Assembly (NCBI GenBank): GCA_043800695.1
Contig: JAZDMU010000019.1
Coordinates: 84,364 to 148,363, forward strand
DNA length: 64,000 nt
Direction: 5' to 3'
Source: Bacteroidota bacterium
GTDB taxonomy: Bacteria; Bacteroidota; Bacteroidia; Bacteroidales; VadinHA17
This document shows, piece by piece, positions 40,821 through 52,115 of this stretch. The notes beneath the pieces are model-generated. The model was not told where the DNA came from. It ran no database searches and worked only from the letters and a program-made list of their open reading frames with translations. The translations under genes were made by a program, and so were the position numbers. Every line of letters begins with the position of its first letter. Position 1 is the stretch's first letter.

Positions 40821-40900
40821 CTTAACCACGAAGTTACACGGAGTTAATACAGAGTAACACTGTTTAAAATACCGTGAAACTCCGTTTTCACTCCGTGATT
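40821..40900. repeat. family K-like element, copy K4
   Basis: Reads TTCTTAACCACGAAGTTACACGGAG...CCGTGAAACTCCGTTTTCACTCCGTG. CACGGAGT (40837-40844) pairs with ACTCCGTG (40890-40897). The element lies between the DUF3267 stop codon and the PHP gene start. Confidence 0.7.
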
Positions 40901-40907
40901 ATTTTCT

Positions 40908-41528
40908 TTATAATTCTTCATAAAAGTAAGCCATTTTTTCATCAGCATCATCCCAGGTGTAAATTTTTCTGTGCCTGTTCAGAAAATAAAAGTTCAGCAT
41001 TGCAAAATCACCTGCGGACATGGTTGTATGCACGAAGAGGAGTGCCGAAAGGCTCCATTTCCACAATCCTGGTAAAAACAGTACAAGAATAATAAGTGTA
41101 ATAGTTACACTTATAAAAGGGAAGAGAGCGACAAGCCTGAACTGCCCTGCATTAATCACATGCCTGTGAGCAGTGACATAAAAGATGTACTGCTTAAGGT
41201 CGGCCCCGGCTCTGATTTTCTTTGCACCGGTGAGCCAGAAAGGAATTACATGCATGAACTCGTGAACAGGTATTATAAGGATCGGGAATACAATAAATCC
41301 AAGCAAAGAATGAAGGAAAATACTCCTGAAGGGAAAGTATCCGCCTATGTCCAGCCTGACAGTAAATGCAATACCTGCAGTTATTATGCAGCCTGACCAG
41401 AAGAAGATCATTACGGCAGAACTGCGCTTCATGTAATCCAGCACAAAGCTGACAAGATCACTGTAAGGTATAGCCAGTACCTGCCTGAAACGGGACTGAT
41501 CATCGAAATTCTCCGGCTTCATCATCAT
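40908..41528 (-). CDS. DUF3267-like membrane protein with a zincin HEXXH motif
   Basis: Four to five TM segments and VHEFMHVI. The track start at 41546 is TTG and the first ATG is at 41528. Confidence 0.65.
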   Translation of the reverse strand: MMMKPENFDDQSRFRQVLAIPYSDLVSFVLDYMKRSSAVMIFFWSGCIITAGIAFTVRLDIGGYFPFRSIFLHSLLGFIVFPILIIPVHEFMHVIPFWLTGAKKIRAGADLKQYIFYVTAHRHVINAGQFRLVALFPFISVTITLIILVLFLPGLWKWSLSALLFVHTTMSAGDFAMLNFYFLNRHRKIYTWDDADEKMAYFYEEL

Positions 41529-41600
41529 CCCAGGAAATTTAACCAAAGGTAGTTTTTAACATTTTAACACAAAATGTTGGTTGGCATTTATGCAGGTATC

Positions 41601-41616
41601 TGGCACAATTTTCGCA
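41601..41616 (+). promoter_or_regulatory. sigma-54-like -24/-12 element (TGGCAC-N5-TCGCA)
   Basis: TGGCACaatttTCGCA differs from the consensus TGGCAC-N5-TTGCW by one mismatch, with correct GG/GC spacing. It lies about 55 nt upstream of the DUF4294 start. Confidence 0.25.
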
Positions 41617-41652
41617 TTCAATGACTGTTATTCTGAGAGCATTAATATTTGG

Positions 41653-41660
41653 TACATTTG
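41653..41660 (+). promoter_or_regulatory. candidate -7 box (TACATTTG) upstream of the DUF4294 gene
   Basis: Matches TAnnTTTG and lies 9-15 nt before the candidate starts. Confidence 0.3.
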
Positions 41661-41669
41661 TAAAAATCA

Positions 41670-42299
41670 TTGGCTGTGAAAAGGGGGATCTTAATTTTAT
41701 CATTACTGCTTGTATACGGATTTTTGTACGGGCAGAAAGATAGTGTCAGTCTCAGCGGCGACTCAATTCCCCAGCGGTTCTATCTGCTTCAGAAAATAAA
41801 ACGCGATGGTGAAACACTTCCGGAAATTGAGATCAAGGAGGTTGCCGTTGTCGGCCGGATGCAGGGCTCCCCAAGAAGGGAACGATCCCAATTCAGACAG
41901 TATCAGAGGCTGGTCTATAACCTGAAAAAGGTATACCCTTATGCAATGATTGTCAGGGAACGGCTGGCTGAAGTAAATGGTGGGCTTCTGGCAATGAGCG
42001 ATGAAAAGGAAAGGAAAAATTATCTGAAACAGTTCGAGAAGGAGGTCTTCAGGGAATATGAGGATGATATACGGGATATGACGATCACACAGGGTAAGCT
42101 GCTGTTAAAACTTATATACAGGGAGACATATTATACTTCCTATGACCTTATAAAAGAGTACAGGGGAGGAATAAACGCCGCATTCTGGCAGGGAATAGCC
42201 AGAATTTTCGGTACCAATCTTAAGTCGGAATACGATCCCTATGGTGAAGATATTCTTGTGGAACTTATCCTCCAGGATATCCAGGCCGGTTTGCTTTGA
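41670..42299 (+). CDS. DUF4294-like exported protein (Bacteroidota-specific family)
   Basis: Has a signal peptide, and the conserved-looking block KVYPYA...ITQGKLLLKLIYRETYYTSYDLIKEYRGG resembles DUF4294 as I remember it. The start is uncertain (TTG 41670 or GTG 41676). Confidence 0.6.
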   Translation: MAVKRGILILSLLLVYGFLYGQKDSVSLSGDSIPQRFYLLQKIKRDGETLPEIEIKEVAVVGRMQGSPRRERSQFRQYQRLVYNLKKVYPYAMIVRERLAEVNGGLLAMSDEKERKNYLKQFEKEVFREYEDDIRDMTITQGKLLLKLIYRETYYTSYDLIKEYRGGINAAFWQGIARIFGTNLKSEYDPYGEDILVELILQDIQAGLL

Positions 42300-42301
42300 T
42301 T

Positions 42302-42859
42302 ATGAAAAGGATTTTTATTGCATTGAAAATTAACCCCGGAGATAGTCTCATCAGGATGATATCGACGCTAAGGGCACTTCTGGAGAATGAAAGGATCAAT
42401 TGGGTAGATCCGGCAAACATTCATCTTACACTGGCATTCCTTGGCGATACCGATGAGGAAATGATAAAGATCGCTGACCTGGCAGTCAGGCAGCAATGCC
42501 GCGGATCAGGGGAATTCAGCTTTAACCTCTCCGGGACAGGTGTCTTCAGGAATTATCGTGATCCGAAGGTAATCTGGGCTGGCATTGAAGAGTACCGGAA
42601 CCTGGCAAGGCTAAACAACCTGATCAGTACAGCACTGAGTGATGCGGGCTTTAAGCTTGAAGAACGCCCTTTTAAGCCGCATATCACCCTCGGACGGATA
42701 AAATTCATTAAAGATTCCAGGGTACTTGAATCAGCAGTTGAAAAATACAGTAACACTTTTTTTCAGGAGGTTGCCGTAAACGAGGTGATACTATTTGAAA
42801 GCATCCTTAAACCCACAGGCCCTGTATATAAACCCCTGGGCAGGTTCTTGCTTGCGTGA
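42302..42859 (+). CDS. thpR: RNA 2',3'-cyclic phosphodiesterase (2H family, ThpR/LigT)
   Basis: Two HxT/S motifs are present, HLTLAF and HITLGR. ATG 42302 lies just after the upstream stop codon. The track start at 42296 is TTG. Confidence 0.85.
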   Translation: MKRIFIALKINPGDSLIRMISTLRALLENERINWVDPANIHLTLAFLGDTDEEMIKIADLAVRQQCRGSGEFSFNLSGTGVFRNYRDPKVIWAGIEEYRNLARLNNLISTALSDAGFKLEERPFKPHITLGRIKFIKDSRVLESAVEKYSNTFFQEVAVNEVILFESILKPTGPVYKPLGRFLLA

Positions 42860-42928
42860 AGCCTTCTTCATATGACGGAATTTTATCAACGAATGACAAG
42901 CCTCCTGACGAGGGTATTACAATTTTCA

Positions 42929-42936
42929 TATTTTTG
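42929..42936 (+). promoter_or_regulatory. candidate -7 box (TATTTTTG) upstream of pcm
   Basis: Matches TAnnTTTG and lies 15 nt before ATG 42952. Confidence 0.35.
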
Positions 42937-42951
42937 TTCTTTACAGAAAAG

Positions 42952-43614
42952 ATGAGAAGCGACTTCACAGACGATTCGTTTGAAGCCAGGGGCAAGAGGA
43001 AGAAACTGGTTGCGGAACTGAGGAATAAAGGAATTACTGATGAGGAGGTCCTCAGGGCCATCGGAACAATTCCCAGGCATGTCTTCATGGATCCTGCTTT
43101 TCTGATCCATGCATATGTCGACAAGGCTTTCCCCATCACCTCAGGGCAGACTATTTCTCAGCCATATACTGTTGCGGTTCAGACATCCCTCCTGCAGGTA
43201 AAGAGAAGGGATAAGATACTTGAGATAGGTACAGGATCAGGTTACCAGGCAGCAATTCTGGCCGAGATGGGCGCCAGGGTTTATACAATTGAGCGTTTCA
43301 GGGAACTCTATCTGAAAGCCCAGGCAACACTTGCATCACTCGGGTATTCTGCCGATTTCTTTTATGGTGATGGTCACCAGGGCAAATCACAGTATGGTCC
43401 TTTTGACGGGATAATAATCACCGCAGCCTCTTCGGATATCCCTGACACCCTGCTGAAACAGCTTAAAATTGGAGGCAGACTTGTTGTTCCGCTGGGCGAC
43501 AGCGGGACACAGGTAATGACCCTTGTTCAGAGAACAGGAGAAGATGATTATGATTATTCTTCACACGGGTATTTCGTTTTTGTTCCGATGCTGCGAGGGA
43601 CTGTAAATCAATAG
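42952..43614 (+). CDS. pcm: protein-L-isoaspartate O-methyltransferase
   Basis: Has TISQPYTVA and the SAM-binding block ILEIGTGSGYQAAIL. The track start at 42856 adds an implausible 32-aa extension. A TATTTTTG box lies 15 nt before ATG 42952. Confidence 0.88.
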   Translation: MRSDFTDDSFEARGKRKKLVAELRNKGITDEEVLRAIGTIPRHVFMDPAFLIHAYVDKAFPITSGQTISQPYTVAVQTSLLQVKRRDKILEIGTGSGYQAAILAEMGARVYTIERFRELYLKAQATLASLGYSADFFYGDGHQGKSQYGPFDGIIITAASSDIPDTLLKQLKIGGRLVVPLGDSGTQVMTLVQRTGEDDYDYSSHGYFVFVPMLRGTVNQ

Positions 43615-43623
43615 ATTGAGTTA

Positions 43624-44259
43624 ATGGAAATATTCAGGCTTGTTTTTTCACCGATCACTGTCAATACATATATTCTTGCTGATGAGTCAGGCAAATGCGC
43701 AGTTATTGATTGCGGTTGCTATGATGAGAATGAATTCAAAGAGCTGACTGATCTGATTGAAGAAAGGAAACTCGATCCGGTACTCCTGCTGAATACACAT
43801 TGCCATCTTGATCATATCTTTGGTAACGGGATGTTCCTTGATAAATATAAGCTGGGGGCTTATTGTCATGCTGATGAGGAAATGAACAGGAATAATGCTC
43901 TGATGTATGCTGAATATTTCAGACTTACCATGGAGGAGCCGCCTGAACCTGCAGGTTTTATTAAAGGTGATGACTCAGTATCTTTCGGCTCTGAATCACT
44001 AAGGGCGCTTCATATTCCGGGACATGCGCCCGGGAGCCTGGCATTTTTCAGCGAAAAAAATAATGCTGTTTTCACGGGCGATATCCTTTTCGCAGGAAGC
44101 ATTGGAAGAAGCGATATTCCCGGAGGGGATCATAAAGCCCTGGTTGAGGGTATAAGGGAAAAATTATTTGTCCTGCCGCCTGAGACTGTGGTATATCCTG
44201 GTCACGGTGAGGCAACAACAATCGGAACGGAAATGAAAAGCAATCCGTATTTCAGGTAA
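43624..44259 (+). CDS. MBL-fold metallo-hydrolase (glyoxalase II-like)
   Basis: Has NTHCHLDH (HxHxDH) and HIPGHAPGS. Confidence 0.85.
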   Translation: MEIFRLVFSPITVNTYILADESGKCAVIDCGCYDENEFKELTDLIEERKLDPVLLLNTHCHLDHIFGNGMFLDKYKLGAYCHADEEMNRNNALMYAEYFRLTMEEPPEPAGFIKGDDSVSFGSESLRALHIPGHAPGSLAFFSEKNNAVFTGDILFAGSIGRSDIPGGDHKALVEGIREKLFVLPPETVVYPGHGEATTIGTEMKSNPYFR

Positions 44260-44271
44260 GGCAAATAAAGT

Positions 44272-44279
44272 TATTTTTG
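44272..44279 (+). promoter_or_regulatory. candidate -7 box (TATTTTTG) upstream of gcvP
   Basis: Matches TAnnTTTG and lies about 60 nt before ATG 44339. Confidence 0.3.
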
Positions 44280-44338
44280 CTGCTGCCCCGTTGACACGAT
44301 ATTGCTAACCAGAAGTAAACAATAAAAAATCTAAATAT

Positions 44339-47215
<2,877 letters not shown>

Positions 47216-47331
47216 ATATCATTTGATAACAGGGCATTTAACTTTATTTAAACTGTTTTGTCCGGTGATTACATTTTTTCTGAGTATTTTTATTACGATA
47301 AAATATCGTTCTTATATTTTAGTCTTTTGTT

Positions 47332-48375
47332 ATGCGAAATTCTTCCTGGGATGATCTGGTAAGGCTGATCGATGGTAAAGATATTGGTTATCAGCCTGTT
47401 GGATTTATCATCGACAGTCCCTGGATACCCGGGTGGTATGGGATATCAAAAGTTGATTTTTATTCATCTGACGAACTCTGGTTGAAATCAAACCTCAGGG
47501 CCGTGACCACTTTCCCTGAAGTATGGTTCATGCCCGGCTTCTGGTCGGAGTATGGAATGTGTACCGAACCTTCAGCATTCGGATCAAGAATGATATTCCT
47601 TGAAAAGAACCTTCCGCATGCCGAGCGAGTGCTTGCGGGCACCGGAGGAACAGATACCCTACCGCAGCCCAATGTGAAAACCGACGGACTTCTGCCCTTT
47701 ATGATCAGCCGATTGAGGAACAATGAAAAAGCCATCAGTGATGCCGGTCATCAGATAAGGTTTGCAGTTGCAAGAGGACCGCTGAATATTTCGAGCTTTC
47801 TAATGGGAACAACTGAGTTTATGATGTCACTGGCTCTCGATCCTGAAGGCTCCCACCGGCTTCTGAAGAAAATAACCGACTTCATTTGCGACTGGCTCAG
47901 CTGGCAGAGAGAGTGTTTCCCTTCAATAGACGGGATACTTATCCTGGACGATATAATCGGGTTCGTGGGAGAGTCTGAGTTCCGGGAGTTCGTTATTCCA
48001 TATTTCAGGAAAATATTTGACACCACCGGAGCCAAGGTAAGATTCCTGCACAATGATGCCGACGGTCTGATCACGGCCAAGAACCTTACCGGAATAGGAG
48101 TAAATATGTTTAATTTCTCTTTTAATCATTCCATGGGAGAGATACGGGAACTTGCCGGACCGGATGTAGTCCTTGTTGGCAATATTCCGCCGAGGGATGT
48201 GCTTGCTGCAGGAGATACCCAGAAGGTGGAGGACGCAGTGAAAAAAGCTTTCGGGGAGACAGAGAGTCGAAACCGGATCATCTGGTCGGCAGGCGGAGGG
48301 ATGGCCCCGGATGTCACCAGCGCCAACATCAATGCATTCGTGAAAGCAGTGAAAAACAATTCCTCACAAATATGA
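47332..48375 (+). CDS. uroporphyrinogen decarboxylase (URO-D) family protein of unknown function
   Basis: 347 aa, with no signal peptide and a URO-D/MtaA-like TIM-barrel layout (…ILILDDIIGFVGESEFREFVIPYFRKIF…RFLHNDADG…). No other heme biosynthesis genes are nearby. Confidence 0.6.
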   Translation: MRNSSWDDLVRLIDGKDIGYQPVGFIIDSPWIPGWYGISKVDFYSSDELWLKSNLRAVTTFPEVWFMPGFWSEYGMCTEPSAFGSRMIFLEKNLPHAERVLAGTGGTDTLPQPNVKTDGLLPFMISRLRNNEKAISDAGHQIRFAVARGPLNISSFLMGTTEFMMSLALDPEGSHRLLKKITDFICDWLSWQRECFPSIDGILILDDIIGFVGESEFREFVIPYFRKIFDTTGAKVRFLHNDADGLITAKNLTGIGVNMFNFSFNHSMGEIRELAGPDVVLVGNIPPRDVLAAGDTQKVEDAVKKAFGETESRNRIIWSAGGGMAPDVTSANINAFVKAVKNNSSQI

Positions 48376-49754
48376 AAAACTGGATATCTTTAATTACTGC
48401 ATCCCTGATGCTGACCTCCTGCAGTTCAGGAGGAGGGAAAAAACAATCGGAGGATTCTATGGAAAAAAACTATCCTGTTCATCTGATCACCGTTGATCCG
48501 GGGCATTTCCATGCAGCTCTGGTGCAGAAGATAATGTATAGCCAGGTCTCCCCGGAAGTTCATGTGTATGCTCCGGGAGGACCTGATTACCTGCAATATA
48601 TAGCCAGGATTAATTCATATAACAACCGGACTGAGGATCCCACCGGATGGAATGAGGTTGTCTATACAGGAGCTGATTTCTTTGAAAGGATGCTTGAGGA
48701 CCAGCCTGGAAACGTGGTTGTTCTTTCAGGCAATAACAGAAAGAAGGCAGAGTATATCCTGAAGTCGATAAATGCAGGATTGAATGTGCTTGCTGACAAA
48801 CCCATGATAATATACCCGGATGATTATCTGAAACTTGAACAGGCATTTATTTTAGCAGAAGATAAAGGAATAATTCTTTACGACATAATGACCGAAAGGT
48901 TTGAGGTGACTACCGTACTCCAGAAGCTTCTGTCGATGAATGAAACGGTGTTCGGGAAACTGGAAACAGGAACACATGATGATCCTGCAGTAACCAAGGA
49001 AAGCGTGCATCATTTTTCAAAAATAGTATCAGGTTCACCCCTGCTAAGGCCTCCCTGGTTCTTTGATGTGGAACAACAGGGAGAGGGCATCGTCGACGTT
49101 ACCACTCATCTGGTCGATCTCATCCAGTGGGAATGCTTCCCGGGTCAGGTGCTTAAACCAACGGATGTGAACATGGCTGCAGCAAAGAGGTGGGCCACCG
49201 TCATTACAAAGGAACAGTTCAGGGATGTTACCGGAATGGACGAATTCCCCGATTACCTTCAGAAGGATGTAAAGGACGGAAAGCTTCACGTTTTTGCCAA
49301 CGGCGAGATGGTTTACCAGCTGAAAGGCACCTGGGCAAAAGTGTCAGTGAAGTGGGACTACCAGGCTCCCCCCGGAGGCGGTGATACTCACTATTCGGTG
49401 ATGCATGGGACCGGCTGCGACCTGGTGATCAGGCAGGGCGCTGAGGAAAATTTCCTGTCGACACTTTATGTTGAAAATATAAAAGGCAAAAACTTCGGTG
49501 ATTTTTCACTTACGCTGAAAGAGATTCTGGGAACGTTGCCTTATGACTCTCTCACGGCTGAACAGGTGAATGGAAACACTTTAAAGGTCAGCGTTCCTGC
49601 AAAATACAGAATCACTCATGAGGAGCATTTCGGACAAGTAACTGAAAAGTTTCTTGAATACCTGGAGTCAGGAAAACTGCCTGAGTGGGAGATTCCGGGA
49701 ATGCTGACAAAGTATCACACAACTACAAGTGCCCTGAAGAAAGCAATGGAATAA
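48372..49754 (+). CDS. lipoprotein of the 'putative oxidoreductase C-terminal domain' (Gfo/Idh/MocA-related) type
   Basis: Lipobox LTSCSSGG, with HLITVDPGHFHAALVQK near the N-terminus. The start overlaps the upstream stop codon (ATGA). Confidence 0.6.
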   Translation: MKNWISLITASLMLTSCSSGGGKKQSEDSMEKNYPVHLITVDPGHFHAALVQKIMYSQVSPEVHVYAPGGPDYLQYIARINSYNNRTEDPTGWNEVVYTGADFFERMLEDQPGNVVVLSGNNRKKAEYILKSINAGLNVLADKPMIIYPDDYLKLEQAFILAEDKGIILYDIMTERFEVTTVLQKLLSMNETVFGKLETGTHDDPAVTKESVHHFSKIVSGSPLLRPPWFFDVEQQGEGIVDVTTHLVDLIQWECFPGQVLKPTDVNMAAAKRWATVITKEQFRDVTGMDEFPDYLQKDVKDGKLHVFANGEMVYQLKGTWAKVSVKWDYQAPPGGGDTHYSVMHGTGCDLVIRQGAEENFLSTLYVENIKGKNFGDFSLTLKEILGTLPYDSLTAEQVNGNTLKVSVPAKYRITHEEHFGQVTEKFLEYLESGKLPEWEIPGMLTKYHTTTSALKKAME

Positions 49755-49777
49755 ACGGCACAACGGTGGTTTTTCCT

Positions 49778-50770
49778 TTACGCCTTTACGCTGTTATGTC
49801 TTTGAATTATATCCTCAATTACCATCTCATACAGATCTCCGGTATTTATTCCGGCTGCAGCAGCCTGTTTCGGGATGATGCTTTCTGAACTCATTCCCGG
49901 AATCGTATTGATCTCGAGGAAATAAGGCTTGTCTCCGATTATGATGAAGTCGACCCTTACTATCCCCTTACAGCCAAGCAGATCATAAATTGAGGAGCTG
50001 AGCTCCATTATACTGTCTGACAATGAATCGAGTATGTCTGCAGGTGTTATCTCATCCGATTTACCCGGAGTATATTTGGCTTCGAAATCAAAGAACTCGT
50101 TTTTGCTTATGATCTCGGTTACTGGCAGGATGAGTGCTTTGTTCCTTGTTTTTAATATTCCGCAGGCCACTTCTCTTCCTTTCATGAAAGCTTCGATAAG
50201 TACTTCGTTGCTCTCCCCGAATGCAGTCTCGATTGCAGAGGCGAGCCTGCCTGCTTCTTTAACCTTGGTTACTCCGAAGCTTGAACCGCTGTCGTTGGGC
50301 TTTACGAAGCATGGTAATCCGATCCGCTTCGTTATCCTGGCAGGATCGATCTTATCAGTTTTTCTTACAAGCACGGCATCAGCCATAGGTATAGAGTATT
50401 CTTTAAGGAACATCTTGCAGGCTTGCTTGTTGAAGGTCAGAGCTGAACAAAAGGCTCCGCAGCTGGTATAAGGGATCTGAAGCATATCAAGGTAGCCCTG
50501 CAGCAGGCCGTTTTCGCCGGGCGATCCGTGAATGGCAATGAATACAGCATCGAACCTGATCCTTGAATCATCAACAACAAGCGAGAAATCATTTTTGTCA
50601 ATATTGTGATACCGTCCTTTAATGTCTTCCCAATACCAGTTAATACCTCTAATCAATATTATATAAACTTTGTATTTCAGGGAGAGAGCTTTGCTGGCCT
50701 CATTTGCGCTCCTGACCGAAACTTCATATTCAGAAGAATCACCTCCTGCCGCAATTGCAATTGTTTTCAT
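49778..50770 (-). CDS. ddl: D-alanine--D-alanine ligase
   Basis: Has IAAGGDSSEYEVS, HGSPGENG and an ATP-grasp C-terminus (EINTIPGMS). The ATG is at 50770; the track start at 50773 is TTG. Confidence 0.92.
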   Translation of the reverse strand: MKTIAIAAGGDSSEYEVSVRSANEASKALSLKYKVYIILIRGINWYWEDIKGRYHNIDKNDFSLVVDDSRIRFDAVFIAIHGSPGENGLLQGYLDMLQIPYTSCGAFCSALTFNKQACKMFLKEYSIPMADAVLVRKTDKIDPARITKRIGLPCFVKPNDSGSSFGVTKVKEAGRLASAIETAFGESNEVLIEAFMKGREVACGILKTRNKALILPVTEIISKNEFFDFEAKYTPGKSDEITPADILDSLSDSIMELSSSIYDLLGCKGIVRVDFIIIGDKPYFLEINTIPGMSSESIIPKQAAAAGINTGDLYEMVIEDIIQRHNSVKA

Positions 50771-50793
50771 CAATACGCTGAAATATTATAAAT

Positions 50794-50801
50794 CAAATTT
50801 A
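50794..50801 (-). promoter_or_regulatory. candidate -7 box (TAAATTTG) upstream of ddl
   Basis: The minus strand reads TAAATTTG, 23 nt before ATG 50770. Confidence 0.35.
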
Positions 50802-50802
50802 G

Positions 50803-50883
50803 TAATTCTTAACCACAAAGGACACAAAGGAAAGCACTAAGAGCACAAAGTACCCGATCAATCAAATTCCTTTGTGCTCTTCG
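50803..50883. repeat. family K-like element, copy K3
   Basis: Reads GTAATTCTTAACCACAAAGGACACAAAGGAAAGCACTAAGAGCACAAAG. A 12-bp stem is formed by 50839-50850 and 50870-50881 (AAGAGCACAAAG/CTTTGTGCTCTT) with a 19-nt loop. It abuts the lemA remnant. Confidence 0.75.
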
Positions 50884-51078
50884 TAGAAAAGTATCCCGAA
50901 CTCAAGGCTACACAGAACTTCAGGGATCTTCAGGTTGAGCTGGAAGGAACGGAGAACAGCATTGAACGGAATGTTTATGACACTGTCTCTCCTTCTCTTT
51001 TTAACAGCAGCAATTGTCGCCCAGGATATTCCCGACAAGCCTTATCCTCCGAACCTGGAGAACGGTCAATTATTTTAA
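50883..51078 (+). pseudogene. decayed remnant of a lemA - TPM-domain gene pair
   Basis: In frame 1, EKYPELKATQNFRDLQVELEGTENSIERNVYD is an internal LemA-like block of about 33 aa with no N- or C-terminal part. ATG 50978 then opens a signal-peptide-like MTLSLLLF that stops at 51002. It continues in another frame from 51001 as LTAAIVAQDIPDKPYPPNLENGQLF*, which looks like a TPM-protein N-terminus. Confidence 0.55.
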
Positions 51079-52109
51079 TTATCAGCATCTCTATTAGATA
51101 TATAATTACGCCATTTGTCTATTGCCTGCTGCATATCGGATGGCAGCTCTGAATCGAAAGAAATCCTTTTACCGGAAACGGGATGATTGAAAGCAAGCGA
51201 CTTTGCATGCAGAGCCTGCCTGGGAAGGATATAAAAACAATTCTTTACAAACTGCTGGTATTTACTGAACACTGTACCCCTCAGAATCTTATCACCGCCG
51301 TATTCTCCATCGTTGAAAACGGGATGCCTGATGAAGCTGAAATGAACCCTTATCTGGTGAGTCCTTCCTGTTTCAAGCTTGCATTCAACAACCGAAACAT
51401 AACCAAGATCCTCAAGCACCCTGTAGTGAGTGACTGCATGTTTGCCGTGGCTCCCGTCGGGAAAGACCTGCATGATCTTCCTGTCACGGATATTCCTTCC
51501 TACATGTCCTTCAATGGTCCCTTCACCCGGTTCGGGAACACCCCAGACAAGAGCAATATACCTCCTGTCAGTGCTCCTCTCATAGAATTGTCTTGAAAGC
51601 CTGTTAAGGGCGAATTCATTTTTTGCAATCACAAGAATACCCGAAGTGTCTTTATCTATTCTGTGAACCAGTCCCGGACGAAGATCCCCTGTTTTGAAGA
51701 GAGGGAGATCCCGGAAATGCCACATCAGGGCATTTACAAGTGTTCCCGTGAAATTCCCGTAGGCAGGGTGCACCACCATGCCGGGTTCCTTGTTGACAAC
51801 AACAACATCATCATCCTCCCAGACAATATTTATCGGGATATTCTCCTGTATGAGCTCCACTTCCCTGGGAGGATTCGGAAGCAGTATCTGAATAAGATCG
51901 TTTGGCTTGACCCTGTAATTTGGTTTTACCGGATTATTGTTTACTAAGATGTTCCCGGCATTGGCTGCAGCCTGTATCCTGGTCCTTGATACATTTTCTA
52001 TCCTGGCAAAGAGGTATTTGTCGATCCTGATGAGTGACTGTCCCGGATCTATTCTGAACCTGTGATGCTCAAAAAGCTCCTGCTGCTCGATTGATTCCTC
52101 TTCGGCCAT
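51075..52109 (-). CDS. rluD: RluA-family 23S rRNA pseudouridine synthase (RluD-like) with an S4 domain
   Basis: Has HRIDKDTSGILVIAKN and GRTHQIRVH, plus an N-terminal S4-like region. Confidence 0.9.
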   Translation of the reverse strand: MAEEESIEQQELFEHHRFRIDPGQSLIRIDKYLFARIENVSRTRIQAAANAGNILVNNNPVKPNYRVKPNDLIQILLPNPPREVELIQENIPINIVWEDDDVVVVNKEPGMVVHPAYGNFTGTLVNALMWHFRDLPLFKTGDLRPGLVHRIDKDTSGILVIAKNEFALNRLSRQFYERSTDRRYIALVWGVPEPGEGTIEGHVGRNIRDRKIMQVFPDGSHGKHAVTHYRVLEDLGYVSVVECKLETGRTHQIRVHFSFIRHPVFNDGEYGGDKILRGTVFSKYQQFVKNCFYILPRQALHAKSLAFNHPVSGKRISFDSELPSDMQQAIDKWRNYISNRDADN

Positions 52110-52115
52110 TGGAGG

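Noticed and set aside
50874-51152. The 92-aa ORF taken as a genuine small gene.
   Set aside because: Only residues 4-36 resemble LemA, and then only an internal fragment. The remainder is out-of-frame TPM-like sequence plus the antisense of the rluD 3' end. It is called a pseudogene remnant instead.
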